Positions 9,589 to 21,548 of a stretch of DNA of 64,000 nucleotides are shown piece by piece. A program made the position numbers and the translations under genes. Position 1 is the stretch's first letter, and every line of letters starts with the position of its first letter. The notes under the pieces were generated by a model. That model had not been told where the DNA came from and did not search any database. It saw only the letters and a list, made by a program, of their open reading frames with translations. The stretch comes from an uncultured Armatimonadia bacterium. GTDB lineage: Bacteria; Armatimonadota; Zipacnadia; CAVVLO01. The stretch covers positions 512,001 through 576,000 of the forward strand of contig CAVVLO010000001.1 of assembly GCA_963749155.1 (NCBI GenBank), given 5' to 3'.

Positions 9589-12500
9589 TTGGCTGAGACC
9601 ACAAGCAAAGGCGCGGCGACGAATTTTGAGGCGCTGAGGGTCGGGCTGGCTTCGCCCGACATAATCAAGTCATGGTCGCGCGGCGAGGTCAAGAAGCCTG
9701 AAACCATCAACTACCGGACCTTCCGTCCGGAGCGCGATGGGTTGTTCTGCGAGAAGATATTTGGCCCAACGAAGGATTACGAGTGCTATTGCGGCAAGTA
9801 TAAGAAGCACAAGTTCCGTGGCATTATCTGCGACAAGTGCGGAGTGGAAGTTACCACCTCGCGGGTGCGGCGTCGGCGGATGGGCCATATCGAGCTTGCG
9901 GCGCCGGTGGCACATATCTGGTATCTGAAGGGCGTGCCCAGCCCGATTGCCTTGCTGCTGGACGTATCAGCGCGCGATCTGGAGAAGGTAGTCTACTTTG
10001 GCGCGAGTATTGTGACCCACCTGGACAGGGAAGCGCTCAATGCGATCTTCCCGCAGCTTAGCGCAGCGGTAGATGAGGAAGTCGAGAAGCTTAAAGGCCT
10101 GCTCGAGCAACGCGAGCAGAGGATGCTCGAAGAGATGGAGAACTTCCTCAGCGTGCGCGAAGACCTCGAGGGCGAGGACTTTGCGGAGCTGGCTAACGTT
10201 GTAGATGCCGAGGACGCAGGACTAATCGAAGCAGAAGTCGTCGTCGATGAGGAAGCAGAAGAGGAAGAAGAAGAAGAACTGGACCTGCATGAAGAGCCGG
10301 TGGCGGTCCTGCCGCGGAGCGTAGATGAAGAAGACGAAGATGAAGACTCTCCAATGCTCGGTGAGGAAGAGGGAGTCTTCGATACTTCGGTAGATGATTT
10401 CTTTGGGTCGCTGTCCCAGGATGACCTGCTGGATGACGACACCGTGCGCGAGGAAACCAGCAAGCGGCTGGATGATGAGCGGCGCGAAACCGAAGAAGAA
10501 ATTGACGGGCTGCGCGATGGGTTGGAACTGCTGGCCGAAATCCAGCTCAAGGATCTGCTGAACGAGGAAGACGTCCGCAAGCTGGATTCGGTGCTGGATG
10601 TCATCACCGAGCGGCTGGACAGAGATCCTGAGGCGTTGTTCTGCGCCAAGATGGGCGCGGAGGCGCTGCTCGATCTGCTTCACGAAGTGGATCTGGAGTC
10701 GCTGTCGCGCGAGCTTGACAAGGATGTTGACGAGACTTCCGGAGCCAAGCGGGTGCGGGCTATCAAGCGGTTGCAACTGGTGAACTCGCTACGCGATTCG
10801 CGCAACCGACCCGAATGGATGATTATGACGGTAATGCCTGTCATGCCGCCGGACCTGCGCCCGATGGTGCAGCTCGATGGTGGGCGGTTCGCAAGTTCGG
10901 ACCTGAACGATCTGTACAGGCGGATAATCAACCGCAACAACCGGCTGAAGCGCATTATCGAGATCCGGGCGCCCAGGTCGATTGTTAACCATGAGAAGCG
11001 GTTGCTGCAGGAAGCTGTAGATGCGCTGATAGACAACAGCCGCAGGTCGCGGCCAGTTACAGGGCCCAACAAGCGGGCGCTGAAGTCGCTTTCCGATATG
11101 CTGAAGGGCAAGGAAGGGCGCTTCCGCAAGAACCTGCTGGGCAAGCGCGTGGACTATTCGGGTCGGTCAGTTATCGTAGTCGGGCCGCACCTCAAGCTGC
11201 ATCAGTGCGGGCTGCCGAAGGATATGGCGCTGGAGCTTTTCAAGCCTTTCGTAATCAAGAAACTGGTAGAGCAGAATTTCACGACCAACATCAAGACGGC
11301 CAAGCGGATGATTGACCGGGGGCAGCCCGAGGTTTGGGACGCGCTCGAGGAGATCATTGAAGATCATCCCGTGTTGCTGAACCGCGCGCCTACGCTGCAC
11401 AGGCTGGGCATCCAGGCCTTCGAGCCGCAACTGGTCGAGGGCAAGGCTATCCAGGTCCACCCGCTGGTCTGCCATGGTTACAACGCAGACTTCGACGGCG
11501 ACCAGATGGCAGTGCACGTGCCGCTTGGGGCGGACGCGCAGGCCGAAGCGCGCATCCTGATGCAGGCTCGCGAGAATATGTTTGGCCCTGCAGGCGGCGC
11601 GCCAGAAGCTGCGCCTCTGTATGACATAGTGCTGGGCTGTTATTACATCACGCAGGAAAGCCAGCGGCAGAAGGACAAACCGAAACTTATGTCCAGCACG
11701 GAAGAGGCTGTACTTGCCTACGAGCTGGGCCATCTGGACGTACACGAATTCGTGCAGTGCCCGATTGAAGAGATCGAGATCAGCTTCAAAGACGGCCGGA
11801 AGAAATTTGCGCCTCGGCGCGAGGCTTTCTGGTCGATCCAGAGGGCTGGGACCGAACTTTTCGAGCAAGGGCTGCTGCGCGTTGGAGAAGAATACGAGAT
11901 AACGGTGGATCCGAAATCGGAGCCGACCGAATATGAGGCGCTGGGCATCTACGGCAAGGTTTCAGAGATGGCCGACGAGGTGCGCCTGGCGCTCACGACC
12001 GAAGTAAGCAGCGAGCTGGTTAAGGCCGACCCGGTGAAGCTCGTGGGCCAGACTCTGGCCGACGATTACAAGGACGCAGAGGGTGAGACGGTCTTTGTTT
12101 CAGGCACGGTGCTGGATGAAGAGACCGCGCCCAAGCTTGTCGAGCTGGTAGGCTCTCGCAAAAAAGTATCGGTCCGCCGGACGACCCAGGCTTATAACGA
12201 AGAGCAGCACCGCAGCGAAAGGTGCAGACTGAAGCTGCAGCGCACAATTGACGAGTTGTTCCGCAAGGAGCTGCTGCCGGAGAAGGGCAAGGCGAATATC
12301 AAGCTGGTAACCCAGCCCCAGGTCACGACAACTGGCCGGGTGCTGTTCAACCGGCTGCTGCCACTGTGCCTCAGGTTCAAAGACAAGCCGGCAGACAAGA
12401 AGCTGCTCTCGGACCTGACAAAAGAATGCCACAGCATCTTCGGAGTACCTCGCACTGCCGCGATGCTGGACGACATAAAGGACGCGGGGCTAAAGTTCGC

Positions 12501-14862
12501 GACGACCGCGGGGCTATCGATCTCGATGGCGGATATGTCGATCGCTTCCGAGCGCGACGAGATCATCGAGCGCACGCAGAAGGAAGTTGACAAGATCAAC
12601 CGCGACTATCGCCGCAGAATCATCAGCGATGGTGAGCGTCAACTGCGCGTGCTGAACCTGTGGCTCAAGGCGCGTAACCAGGTCGCAGACGACATTATGC
12701 AAAAGGTCAGCAAGTTCAATCCGCTGTACCTGATGCTTTCATCCGGCGCCCGAGGCAACAAGAACCAGCTTACGCAGCTCGCCGGGATGCGCGGTCTGAT
12801 GTCCGACCCGCGCGGCAATTTCATTGAGGACTTGCCGGTAAAATCGAACTTCCACGAAGGGCTTGGACTGCTTGAGTACTTCGTGTCAACTCACGGAGCG
12901 CGCAAGGGTGTAGCCGACACGGCGCTTCGCACAGCGGACGCAGGTTACCTGACGCGGAAGCTCGTAGACGTTGCGCAGGATGTAATGGTGCGCGAGCATG
13001 ATTGCGGCACCGTAAATGGCTTCACCGTAGAGCCTATCTTCGAGGAAGATGTCCACTGCTCGCAGTGCGGGACCCTCGACCTGAAGCGGATCAGCAATGA
13101 GGAAGGGCATATCATATGCCAATCCTGCGGAGCTGACCTGGGCGAACACGACGACGACAAGATCGAAGAGCTGGAAGAGCGGCTGTTCGGTTGCGTGGCG
13201 GCAGAAGATATAGTTCATCCTGAAACAGGCGAAGTGCTTGTCGAGCGCAACAAGATCATCTGGGAAGATGACGTTAAGGTTGTCGTGGACTCGGGCCTGG
13301 TTCAGGTAAAAGTGCGTTCGCCACTTACCTGTGAAACTACTGCAGGGGTTTGCACCTTGTGTTACGGACTGGACCTTTCGAGGCGCCAGCTTGTGCGCGA
13401 GGGCGAAGCAGTTGGTATCGTAGCGGCCGAGTCCATCGGCGAGCCAGGCACGCAGCTCACACTGCGCACCTTCCATACTGGTGGCGTCGCAGAGCAGTAT
13501 ATTACTGGTGTAGCGGACGTCCGGGGCAGAGTGCAGCAGATTTTGCGGCAGATCCGAGAGGATATGGAAGAGACCTCGGCGGGTACCAACCGCGAACAGC
13601 GCAGCACCTATCAGCGGGTGGTAAAGGTACTGGAGAACCCAGTTGGCGGCCTGCTGCGAATCATCGAGCTGTTCGAAGCGCGCAAGCCGAAGGGCCAGGC
13701 TATCATCTGCGACCTGGATGGTTTTATCGAGGACATCGTGCCGGCCGGCGCTTATCGTACAGTAACGCTGCGTTCGATACTCGAGGTTGCGCCAGAGCTT
13801 TCTGAACTGGCCAAGGGCGAGCGGCTCTGCGAGGATGCAGTGTCGCCGGTTAATGGCAAGACGATAATGAAGGTTGGCGACAAGCTGACCGATTCCAATA
13901 TCTTCTCGCTGATCACGGCAGGCGTGAAGAACGTAACCATCAGGAAGGAATATATCGTGCCGTTCCGAGGCAAACTGCAGGTAGTCAAGGGGGAGAAGGT
14001 CTCTGCGGGTACACGTATTACGCAAGGGCCACTGGAGCCCCGGATGCTGCTGAAGTTGCGGGGCCTGGACGGCGTGAGGGCTTATCTCGTGCGCGAAATC
14101 CAGGCGGTGTATCGCAGCTATAACATCCGCATCAATGACAAACATCTCGAATGCGTCATCAGGCAGATGCTGAAGAAGCGCAAGGTAGTCGAGCGGGGTG
14201 GCACACGCTTCCTGCCTGGCGAGCGACTGGACCAGTGGGTGCTCGAAGGCGAGAACCAGTCGATGCGCGAGCAGGGATTGCACGAAGCCACAGCCGAGTT
14301 CCAGTTGATGGGAATTACGGACGCCGCGCTGGCAAGTGACTCGTTCCTGTCGGCGGCTTCCTTCCAGAAGACGACGAAGGTGCTGACGGATGCGGCGCTT
14401 GCGGCAAGAAGGGATACACTGGAAGGGCTGAAGGAGAACGTCATAATCGGCCGGCTCATACCGGCTGGGACGGGCGGGAAGCAGTATAAGGGGATTAAGA
14501 CGCGCAGGGCGGACGGAGTCGAGGAAATACCGGCCGATCTGCTGCGCGAGCCGCTTGTCGAGACCAGCGAGCTTGAAGAGCTTGAGAAGCTAATGGTGGG
14601 CGCTACCGGCAGCGAGGAGATCGCTCGGGAAGTGCTTGGAGAAGGCTTCGAAGGTGATGACGGCGAAGAGCTGGATCTCGATGCGCTCGGACTTAAGGCT
14701 CTGGACGAAGACGAGCTGCCGGAAAATGAGGCAGATGACCTGCTTGGGGAGTTCCATGCAGTCGCTGAAGAGGAAGAAGAAGAGCTTGATTTGGAGCTTG
14801 GAGCAAGCGGCGAAACGGAAGAAGAAGAGCCAGAGCAGGAAGAAGGCCTAATCGAAGAGTAG
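9589..14862 (+). CDS. rpoC: RNA polymerase beta' subunit with large insertions and an acidic tail
   Basis: [10 protein letters not shown]-terminal Zn cysteines, [39 protein letters not shown]; 1757 aa. Confidence 0.99.
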   Translation: MAETTSKGAATNFEALRVGLASPDIIKSWSRGEVKKPETINYRTFRPERDGLFCEKIFGPTKDYECYCGKYKKHKFRGIICDKCGVEVTTSRVRRRRMGHIELAAPVAHIWYLKGVPSPIALLLDVSARDLEKVVYFGASIVTHLDREALNAIFPQLSAAVDEEVEKLKGLLEQREQRMLEEMENFLSVREDLEGEDFAELANVVDAEDAGLIEAEVVVDEEAEEEEEEELDLHEEPVAVLPRSVDEEDEDEDSPMLGEEEGVFDTSVDDFFGSLSQDDLLDDDTVREETSKRLDDERRETEEEIDGLRDGLELLAEIQLKDLLNEEDVRKLDSVLDVITERLDRDPEALFCAKMGAEALLDLLHEVDLESLSRELDKDVDETSGAKRVRAIKRLQLVNSLRDSRNRPEWMIMTVMPVMPPDLRPMVQLDGGRFASSDLNDLYRRIINRNNRLKRIIEIRAPRSIVNHEKRLLQEAVDALIDNSRRSRPVTGPNKRALKSLSDMLKGKEGRFRKNLLGKRVDYSGRSVIVVGPHLKLHQCGLPKDMALELFKPFVIKKLVEQNFTTNIKTAKRMIDRGQPEVWDALEEIIEDHPVLLNRAPTLHRLGIQAFEPQLVEGKAIQVHPLVCHGYNADFDGDQMAVHVPLGADAQAEARILMQARENMFGPAGGAPEAAPLYDIVLGCYYITQESQRQKDKPKLMSSTEEAVLAYELGHLDVHEFVQCPIEEIEISFKDGRKKFAPRREAFWSIQRAGTELFEQGLLRVGEEYEITVDPKSEPTEYEALGIYGKVSEMADEVRLALTTEVSSELVKADPVKLVGQTLADDYKDAEGETVFVSGTVLDEETAPKLVELVGSRKKVSVRRTTQAYNEEQHRSERCRLKLQRTIDELFRKELLPEKGKANIKLVTQPQVTTTGRVLFNRLLPLCLRFKDKPADKKLLSDLTKECHSIFGVPRTAAMLDDIKDAGLKFATTAGLSISMADMSIASERDEIIERTQKEVDKINRDYRRRIISDGERQLRVLNLWLKARNQVADDIMQKVSKFNPLYLMLSSGARGNKNQLTQLAGMRGLMSDPRGNFIEDLPVKSNFHEGLGLLEYFVSTHGARKGVADTALRTADAGYLTRKLVDVAQDVMVREHDCGTVNGFTVEPIFEEDVHCSQCGTLDLKRISNEEGHIICQSCGADLGEHDDDKIEELEERLFGCVAAEDIVHPETGEVLVERNKIIWEDDVKVVVDSGLVQVKVRSPLTCETTAGVCTLCYGLDLSRRQLVREGEAVGIVAAESIGEPGTQLTLRTFHTGGVAEQYITGVADVRGRVQQILRQIREDMEETSAGTNREQRSTYQRVVKVLENPVGGLLRIIELFEARKPKGQAIICDLDGFIEDIVPAGAYRTVTLRSILEVAPELSELAKGERLCEDAVSPVNGKTIMKVGDKLTDSNIFSLITAGVKNVTIRKEYIVPFRGKLQVVKGEKVSAGTRITQGPLEPRMLLKLRGLDGVRAYLVREIQAVYRSYNIRINDKHLECVIRQMLKKRKVVERGGTRFLPGERLDQWVLEGENQSMREQGLHEATAEFQLMGITDAALASDSFLSAASFQKTTKVLTDAALAARRDTLEGLKENVIIGRLIPAGTGGKQYKGIKTRRADGVEEIPADLLREPLVETSELEELEKLMVGATGSEEIAREVLGEGFEGDDGEELDLDALGLKALDEDELPENEADDLLGEFHAVAEEEEEELDLELGASGETEEEEPEQEEGLIEE

Positions 14863-14884
14863 AACGAATTACGAGTAAAAGGCG

Positions 14885-14922
14885 GGCGTCGTGGAGGAAA
14901 GGCCTTCACGGCGCCTTTTTTT
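14885..14922 (+). terminator. Intrinsic terminator of rpoBC
   Basis: 13-bp stem ggcgtcgtggagg/ccttcacggcgcc plus T7. Confidence 0.85.
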
Positions 14923-14934
14923 GCCTTTGCGGCA

Positions 14935-14963
14935 TTGACAGGCAAGCAGGGTTATGGTATCTT
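14935..14963 (+). promoter_or_regulatory. sigma70-type promoter of the ribosomal superoperon
   Basis: TTGACA-17 nt-TATCTT with extended -10 TG. Confidence 0.75.
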
Positions 14964-14968
14964 CACGA

Positions 14969-15130
14969 CCGCTGTTCTACGGCCTGAGTAGCTTGTGGAA
15001 CCGAGTGGAAGGAGACCCGTCATTGCAGTTGAGGGCCACTCAAACTGGTAGCAGTCCAGATCCCTGAGAAGGGGATAGGGCAGAATGCGCCGTTTGAGGC
15101 CCCCTGCGAAGGCGGGGGGTCTTTATTTTG
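14969..15130 (+). promoter_or_regulatory. Candidate attenuator leader upstream of rpsL
   Basis: Terminator hairpin 15096-15123 plus U-rich tail; competing helices 15033-15045/15092-15102 and 15003-15008/15036-15041. Confidence 0.6.
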
Positions 15131-15151
15131 AGTAGCACCGGAGGGTACTTG

Positions 15152-15568
15152 ATGCCAACTATTGGGCAGCTAGTTCGCAAGCCCAGGCGTACGCCGGCGA
15201 AGAAAATACGGAACAAGGCACTGTTGATTCGGTTCAACTCTTTGAAGAACCGGTCGGCGCTAACCGAGGGCGCACCGCAGAAGCGCGGAGTGTGCACGAA
15301 GGTGTGGGCAGACAAGCCCAAAAAGCCGAACTCGGCTTTGCGGAAGCTGGCCCGCGTGCGGCTGACGAACCGGGAAGAGGCAACCGCCTATATCCCCGGT
15401 ATCGGGCACAACCTGCAGGAGCACTCGGTAGTGCTTATCCGCGGCGGGCGCGTCAAGGACCTGAACTCGGTCAAATATCACATCGTGCGGGGCGTGCTGG
15501 ATGCGGCTGGGGTAAACAACCGCAAGCGCGGACGTTCGAAGTACGGCACCAAGAGACCCAAGGCATAA
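15152..15568 (+). CDS. rpsL: 30S ribosomal protein uS12
   Basis: [39 protein letters not shown]. Confidence 0.98.
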   Translation: MPTIGQLVRKPRRTPAKKIRNKALLIRFNSLKNRSALTEGAPQKRGVCTKVWADKPKKPNSALRKLARVRLTNREEATAYIPGIGHNLQEHSVVLIRGGRVKDLNSVKYHIVRGVLDAAGVNNRKRGRSKYGTKRPKA

Positions 15569-15637
15569 GCAGCGCTCATCTTGCATTGAGCCAGAATGAA
15601 AGCCGAGCGATAAAGTCGCTCGAACGGAGGGATACCT

Positions 15638-16108
15638 GTGTCTCGCAGGGCTCCAGCGGAACGTAGAGAGGTAGCTCCTGATCCGGTATACGGCAGCAGG
15701 ATGCTTTCCAAGATGATTAACTACCTGATGGAAGACGGCAAAAAGAGCAAGGCCGAGAAGATCGTCTACACGGCCTTTGAGATCATGGCGCAGCGCACCA
15801 AGAGCAATCCGCTCGAGGTATTCAGCAAGGCCATGCGCAACTTGATGCCGACCCTCGAGGTGCGCTCCAGGCGCGTCGGAGGACAGAGCTATCAGGTGCC
15901 AGTAGAAGTACGTCCCTCGCGCAAACTGTGCCTGGCCACTCGGTGGCTGCTTAACGCAGCCCGCGCCCGGAAGGGCAGGCCGATGGCAGAGAAGCTCGCG
16001 ATGGAATTGATGGACGCGGCGAACGGCGCCGGAGAAGCAATGAAGAAGCGTGAAGACACGCACCGGATGGCTGAATCGAACCGCGCCTTTGCGCATTATC
16101 GGTGGTAA
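15638..16108 (+). CDS. rpsG: 30S ribosomal protein uS7
   Basis: [36 protein letters not shown]. Confidence 0.98.
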   Translation: MSRRAPAERREVAPDPVYGSRMLSKMINYLMEDGKKSKAEKIVYTAFEIMAQRTKSNPLEVFSKAMRNLMPTLEVRSRRVGGQSYQVPVEVRPSRKLCLATRWLLNAARARKGRPMAEKLAMELMDAANGAGEAMKKREDTHRMAESNRAFAHYRW

Positions 16109-16165
16109 TGAGGAGGAAGCTTCGACCAAAGCAACGATCGCTTTGATTTGAGCAACTAGGCAGGA

Positions 16166-18274
16166 ATGAGCACCAATAGTCGGACAAAAACGAGTACCAG
16201 GCGAACTGACGAGATGTCACGGGAAGTAGAGCTAGGCAAGGTCAGAAATATCGGAATCGCCGCGCATATTGACGCGGGGAAGACGACAACGACTGAGCGT
16301 ATCCTCTTCTACACCGGCAAGGCACATCGTATCGGTGAGGTAGATGACGGCACCGCGACCATGGATTACATGGCGCAGGAGCAGGAACGCGGCATTACGA
16401 TTACCTCCGCGGCAACCACCACAGAGTGGCGTGATTGCCAGGTCAATATAATAGACACTCCAGGCCACGTAGATTTCACCCTCGAGGTCGAGCGCGCACT
16501 GCGCGTGCTGGACGGGATGGTTGCTGTCTTCTGCGCGGTCGGCGGAGTACAACCCCAGTCCGAGACAGTATGGCGGCAGGCCAACAAGTATCGCGTGCCA
16601 CGCATCGCCTACATCAACAAGATGGACCGGACAGGGGCAGATTTCCACGAAGTTTTGCACCAGATGCGCGACAGGCTGCAGGCTAACGCAGTAGCCATCC
16701 AGGTGCCAATCGGCGAGGAAGAAACCTTTCTTGGGATGATTGACCTCGTCGAAATGCGGGCGCATATCTACCTCGACGACCTTGGGACCAAGCGTAGCAA
16801 CGAGGAGATCCCTCAGGATATGCTTATGTTCGCGGAAGCATACCGCGAAGCGCTCGTTGACAAGCTCTCAGAAATTGACGAAGACATCCTGACCAAGTAT
16901 GTACAAGGCGAAGAGATCTCGGCGGACGACCTTAAATCAGCCATCAGGAAAGGCGTGCTGGCCAATGTGCTAGTGCCCGTACTGTGCGGTACCTCCCTGA
17001 AGAATAAAGGCGTCCAGCCAGTCCTCGATGCAATCGTAGATTATCTCCCCTCTCCTGAAGATGTGCTTCCAGTCACTGGACAGCATCCTGTGACGGGGGA
17101 AGAAGTCATACGCGAAGCTGACGATGAGGCGCCTTTCTCGGGGCTCATTTTCAAGCTGCTTACTGACGAATATGTCGGTCGCCTGGCTTTCGTACGCACT
17201 TATTCGGGCGTGCTGAAAAAGGGTTCGGCCGTTCACAATCCGCGCACTGGCAAGATGGAGCGCGTAGGCCGGTTGCTGCGGATGCATGCCAACCGGCGCG
17301 AGGATATCGAAGCAGCCTATACTGGCGACATTGTCGCGGTGCTGGGTTTCAACGAGATCGCAACGGGCGACACAGTCTGCGAGCGGAATCATCCTGTCTT
17401 GCTCGAGCAGATGAGCTTCCCCGAGCCGGTCATCAGTCAGGCCATCGAGCCAAAGACCAAGGCCGACCTGGACAAGCTGATGAACGCGCTCGAGAAACTG
17501 TCAGCCGAGGATCCGAGCTTCAGGTTCGGGGTAGATTCGGAGACAGGCCAGCTCGTGATGTCGGGCATGGGCGAGCTGCACCTTGAGATCATGCATGACC
17601 GCCTGGTGCGCGAGTATGCGGTGGCCGCAAGTGTCGGCAAGCCGCAGGTGGCGTATCGGGAGACCGTGTCACGGACCGCGACGGTGGAAGAGCGTTATGT
17701 TAAGCAGACCGGCGGGCGGGGTATGTTCGCCCAGGTCGAGCTGAAGCTGGAACCGAAGGCCGACGGTGGCTTCGAGTTCGTGAGCGCAATCACCGGTGGG
17801 GCCATCCCGAGGGAATATATCGCTCCGGTCGAGGCTGGCATTCGCGAAGGCCTGGCCAGCGGCGTGCTGGGCGGCTATCCAGTCATCAACGTGAAAGCGA
17901 CGCTGATGGACGGGCGCATCCACGAAGTGGACTCGAACGAGATGGCCTTCCGCATCTGCGCCACTATCGCGACAAAGGAAGCTTTGCGGAAAGCAGGTTC
18001 CATACTGCTAGAGCCGCTGATGAGTCTGGAGATTGTAGGGCCCGAGGAGTTCCTGGGCGAGGTAATCGCCGACTTGAACTCGAGACGGGCGGAAATCCAG
18101 GGTATGGAACAGGGCAGTGGTGGCCAGCGCATCGTAAAGGCCGTCGCTCCGCTGTCCGAGATGTTTGGATATGCGACCGACTTGCGGAGCCGTACGCAGG
18201 GCAGGGCAACGTTCACAATGACGCCCTCGCACTACGCTCCGGTGCCTCATAACCTACTTGACAAGCTGGTCTAG
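16166..18274 (+). CDS. fusA: Elongation factor G (str-operon copy; alternative start 16214)
   Basis: [34 protein letters not shown]. Confidence 0.98.
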   Translation: MSTNSRTKTSTRRTDEMSREVELGKVRNIGIAAHIDAGKTTTTERILFYTGKAHRIGEVDDGTATMDYMAQEQERGITITSAATTTEWRDCQVNIIDTPGHVDFTLEVERALRVLDGMVAVFCAVGGVQPQSETVWRQANKYRVPRIAYINKMDRTGADFHEVLHQMRDRLQANAVAIQVPIGEEETFLGMIDLVEMRAHIYLDDLGTKRSNEEIPQDMLMFAEAYREALVDKLSEIDEDILTKYVQGEEISADDLKSAIRKGVLANVLVPVLCGTSLKNKGVQPVLDAIVDYLPSPEDVLPVTGQHPVTGEEVIREADDEAPFSGLIFKLLTDEYVGRLAFVRTYSGVLKKGSAVHNPRTGKMERVGRLLRMHANRREDIEAAYTGDIVAVLGFNEIATGDTVCERNHPVLLEQMSFPEPVISQAIEPKTKADLDKLMNALEKLSAEDPSFRFGVDSETGQLVMSGMGELHLEIMHDRLVREYAVAASVGKPQVAYRETVSRTATVEERYVKQTGGRGMFAQVELKLEPKADGGFEFVSAITGGAIPREYIAPVEAGIREGLASGVLGGYPVINVKATLMDGRIHEVDSNEMAFRICATIATKEALRKAGSILLEPLMSLEIVGPEEFLGEVIADLNSRRAEIQGMEQGSGGQRIVKAVAPLSEMFGYATDLRSRTQGRATFTMTPSHYAPVPHNLLDKLV

Positions 18275-18306
18275 GACAGGCCGCAGGTGAGTGGAGGAAA
18301 TAACTA

Positions 18307-19509
<1,203 letters not shown>

Positions 19510-19569
19510 GCACGCAACTGGCAGCAAGCAACCTGGCAGTAAGCAACGATAAGCAAAAGGGGTTCGGCA

Positions 19570-19887
19570 ATGGCGATAGCACGCAAGATGCGTATAAAGC
19601 TGCGGAGTTTCGACCATAAGCTACTTGATCAGTCAGCGCAGAAGATCGTGGCTGCGGCGACAGAGTCGGGAGCAAGGGTGGCAGGACCAGTGCCGCTGCC
19701 CACCGAGAAGCGCGTGTATTGCATCGTGCGGCCGACGGCGCTTGGACGCAGCGAACGCAGCATGGAGCATTACGAACTGCGCACTCACAAGCGGCTGGTT
19801 GACATCATCGAGCCGACGCAGCAGACAATCGAGTCGCTTATGCGGCTGGAGCTGCCTGGCAGCGTTGAGATCGAGATCAAGCAGTAA
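19570..19887 (+). CDS. rpsJ: 30S ribosomal protein uS10
   Basis: RIKLRSFDH, GPVPLPT, RTHKRLVDI. Confidence 0.96.
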   Translation: MAIARKMRIKLRSFDHKLLDQSAQKIVAAATESGARVAGPVPLPTEKRVYCIVRPTALGRSERSMEHYELRTHKRLVDIIEPTQQTIESLMRLELPGSVEIEIKQ

Positions 19888-19923
19888 GGCCTGTTCGAAC
19901 CCAAAAGGATAGAGTGAGCGGCT

Positions 19924-20562
19924 ATGGCACAGCCCAAGTTGGCAACCAGATTCTTACTCGGCAAGAAAGTCGGGATGACGAGTATCTTCGCTGAAGACGG
20001 ACGCGTAGAAAACGTGACCGTAATCGAAGCTCCGGCTTCGGTGGTACTTCGGCGGAAGACCAAGGAATCAGATGGTTATTCGGCAGTACAGCTCGCCTTC
20101 GGTGAAGTAAAAGAGCAGCGGCTTACGAAGCCATTGCAGGGCGTATACAAGCACGCCGCAGTCGCGCCGAAGCGGACAATCCAGGAGTTCCTGGTACCCG
20201 AGGACGCAGAGTTCTCGATGGGGCAGGAGCTTACCGTGGAGCTGTTCAAGCCTGGCGATGTTATCGCGGTTACGAGCACGAGCAAGGGCAAAGGCTTCCA
20301 GGGCGTCATCAAGCGCTGGAACCACGCATGCGGCCCAATGACGCACGGCTCGAAGTCGAAAAGACGCGCAAAGTCGCAGGGCTCCACCGACGCCGGGCGC
20401 GTATTTCCCGGATTGCATCGCCCGGGTCATATGGGGCATGCCCAGGTTACCCAGGACGGACTGATGGTAGTAGCGGTGGATGCGGAGCTTAACGTGGTAA
20501 TGGTACGGGGTTCCGTGCCTGGGCCGAGCGGCAGTCTCGTGAAGCTGCGCGCGGCGAAGTAA
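19924..20562 (+). CDS. rplC: 50S ribosomal protein uL3
   Basis: GKKVGMT, DGYSAVQ, SKGKGFQGVIKRW, GSVPGP. Confidence 0.97.
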   Translation: MAQPKLATRFLLGKKVGMTSIFAEDGRVENVTVIEAPASVVLRRKTKESDGYSAVQLAFGEVKEQRLTKPLQGVYKHAAVAPKRTIQEFLVPEDAEFSMGQELTVELFKPGDVIAVTSTSKGKGFQGVIKRWNHACGPMTHGSKSKRRAKSQGSTDAGRVFPGLHRPGHMGHAQVTQDGLMVVAVDAELNVVMVRGSVPGPSGSLVKLRAAK

Positions 20563-20584
20563 GGATTCGCGGGAGGCAGTAGAA

Positions 20585-21217
20585 ATGCCAGAGCTAGCAG
20601 TTATGAATAAAGAGGGCAAAGAGACGAGCAAGGTGCAGGTCTCGGATGCGGTATTTGACGCACCGCTGCACCAGCAAGCCGTCTACCTGGCCGTAAAGAG
20701 AGTTCTCGCGAGTCAGCGGGCAGTGACTTCTTCGACGAAGACGCGGGCAGAGGTCAGAGGCGGCGGGCGCAAGCCTTTCCGTCAGAAGGGGACCGGCCGT
20801 GCTCGGCAGGGAAGCATCAGAGCTCCGCACTGGGTCGGCGGTGGCGTAACCTTTGGCCCGAAGCCTGACCGTAACTACGAGATCAAGCTGCCCAAGAAAG
20901 TTTATTGGCTGGCTATGCGTTCGGTGTTGTCCGAAAAACTGCGGCAGGGCGAACTGCTCGTGGTGGATGAGCTGAAGCTGGAAGCCATCAAGACCAGGGA
21001 GATCTCCACACTGCTGCAGCAGTTGCTCGGCGAGAAGGCAGGCAACGTGCTGGTAGTGCTCGAGGGGCGCGATGATATCGTCGAGAAATCGGCGCGCAAC
21101 CTTCCCTGGGCTCAGGTGCGCGCATCCTATGCCACCAGCGTCTATGACCTGCTGAAATATGACAATGTCGTGATGACCACTGCAGCGTTGCAGAAGCTCG
21201 AGGAGGCATGCAGCTAA
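20585..21217 (+). CDS. rplD: 50S ribosomal protein uL4
   Basis: [16 protein letters not shown]. Confidence 0.98.
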   Translation: MPELAVMNKEGKETSKVQVSDAVFDAPLHQQAVYLAVKRVLASQRAVTSSTKTRAEVRGGGRKPFRQKGTGRARQGSIRAPHWVGGGVTFGPKPDRNYEIKLPKKVYWLAMRSVLSEKLRQGELLVVDELKLEAIKTREISTLLQQLLGEKAGNVLVVLEGRDDIVEKSARNLPWAQVRASYATSVYDLLKYDNVVMTTAALQKLEEACS

Positions 21218-21516
21218 TGAAAGGCCTCGACTCCTATACAGTAATCGTGGCGCCAGTGTTGACTGAGAAGTCAGTAAATATGGCGCGGGAATCAAGCAAG
21301 TACACTTTTCGGGTAGCACCGACGGCGAACAAGATACAGATCGCCAAGGCCATCGAAGAAATCTTCAATGTGGACGTGACCCAGGTAAACACGCTGAAGG
21401 TACTTGGGAAAGAGCGCAAGCAGAACTTCAAAAGTCATGGCAAAACACCTGACTGGAAGAAGGCTATCATAACGCTCAAGCCCGGCCAGACGATTGACTT
21501 GTTCGAGGGCCTGTAA
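21217..21516 (+). CDS. rplW: 50S ribosomal protein uL23
   Basis: PVLTEKS, ANKIQI, WKKAII; TAATG overlap with rplD. Confidence 0.96.
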   Translation: MKGLDSYTVIVAPVLTEKSVNMARESSKYTFRVAPTANKIQIAKAIEEIFNVDVTQVNTLKVLGKERKQNFKSHGKTPDWKKAIITLKPGQTIDLFEGL

Positions 21517-21548
21517 TCGGGGTCCAGTCCCCATGAGGAGCCAAAGCA

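Noticed and set aside
5607..13660. Inteins as the cause of the oversized RpoB and RpoC
   Set aside because: No intein splice-junction or homing endonuclease motifs seen in the inserts
6552..14283. Long antisense ORFs over rpoB/rpoC (also over fusA2 and wecB)
   Set aside because: Shadow ORFs of GC-rich coding sequence with no recognisable motifs
15033..15102. tRNA-like cloverleaf in the rpsL leader
   Set aside because: There is a multi-branch fold but no TTC T-loop, canonical anticodon loop or CCA
19514..19558. Degenerate gcaac(c)tggcag(c/t)aa repeats between tuf and rpsJ
   Set aside because: Only two good copies and no evident structure; likely slippage
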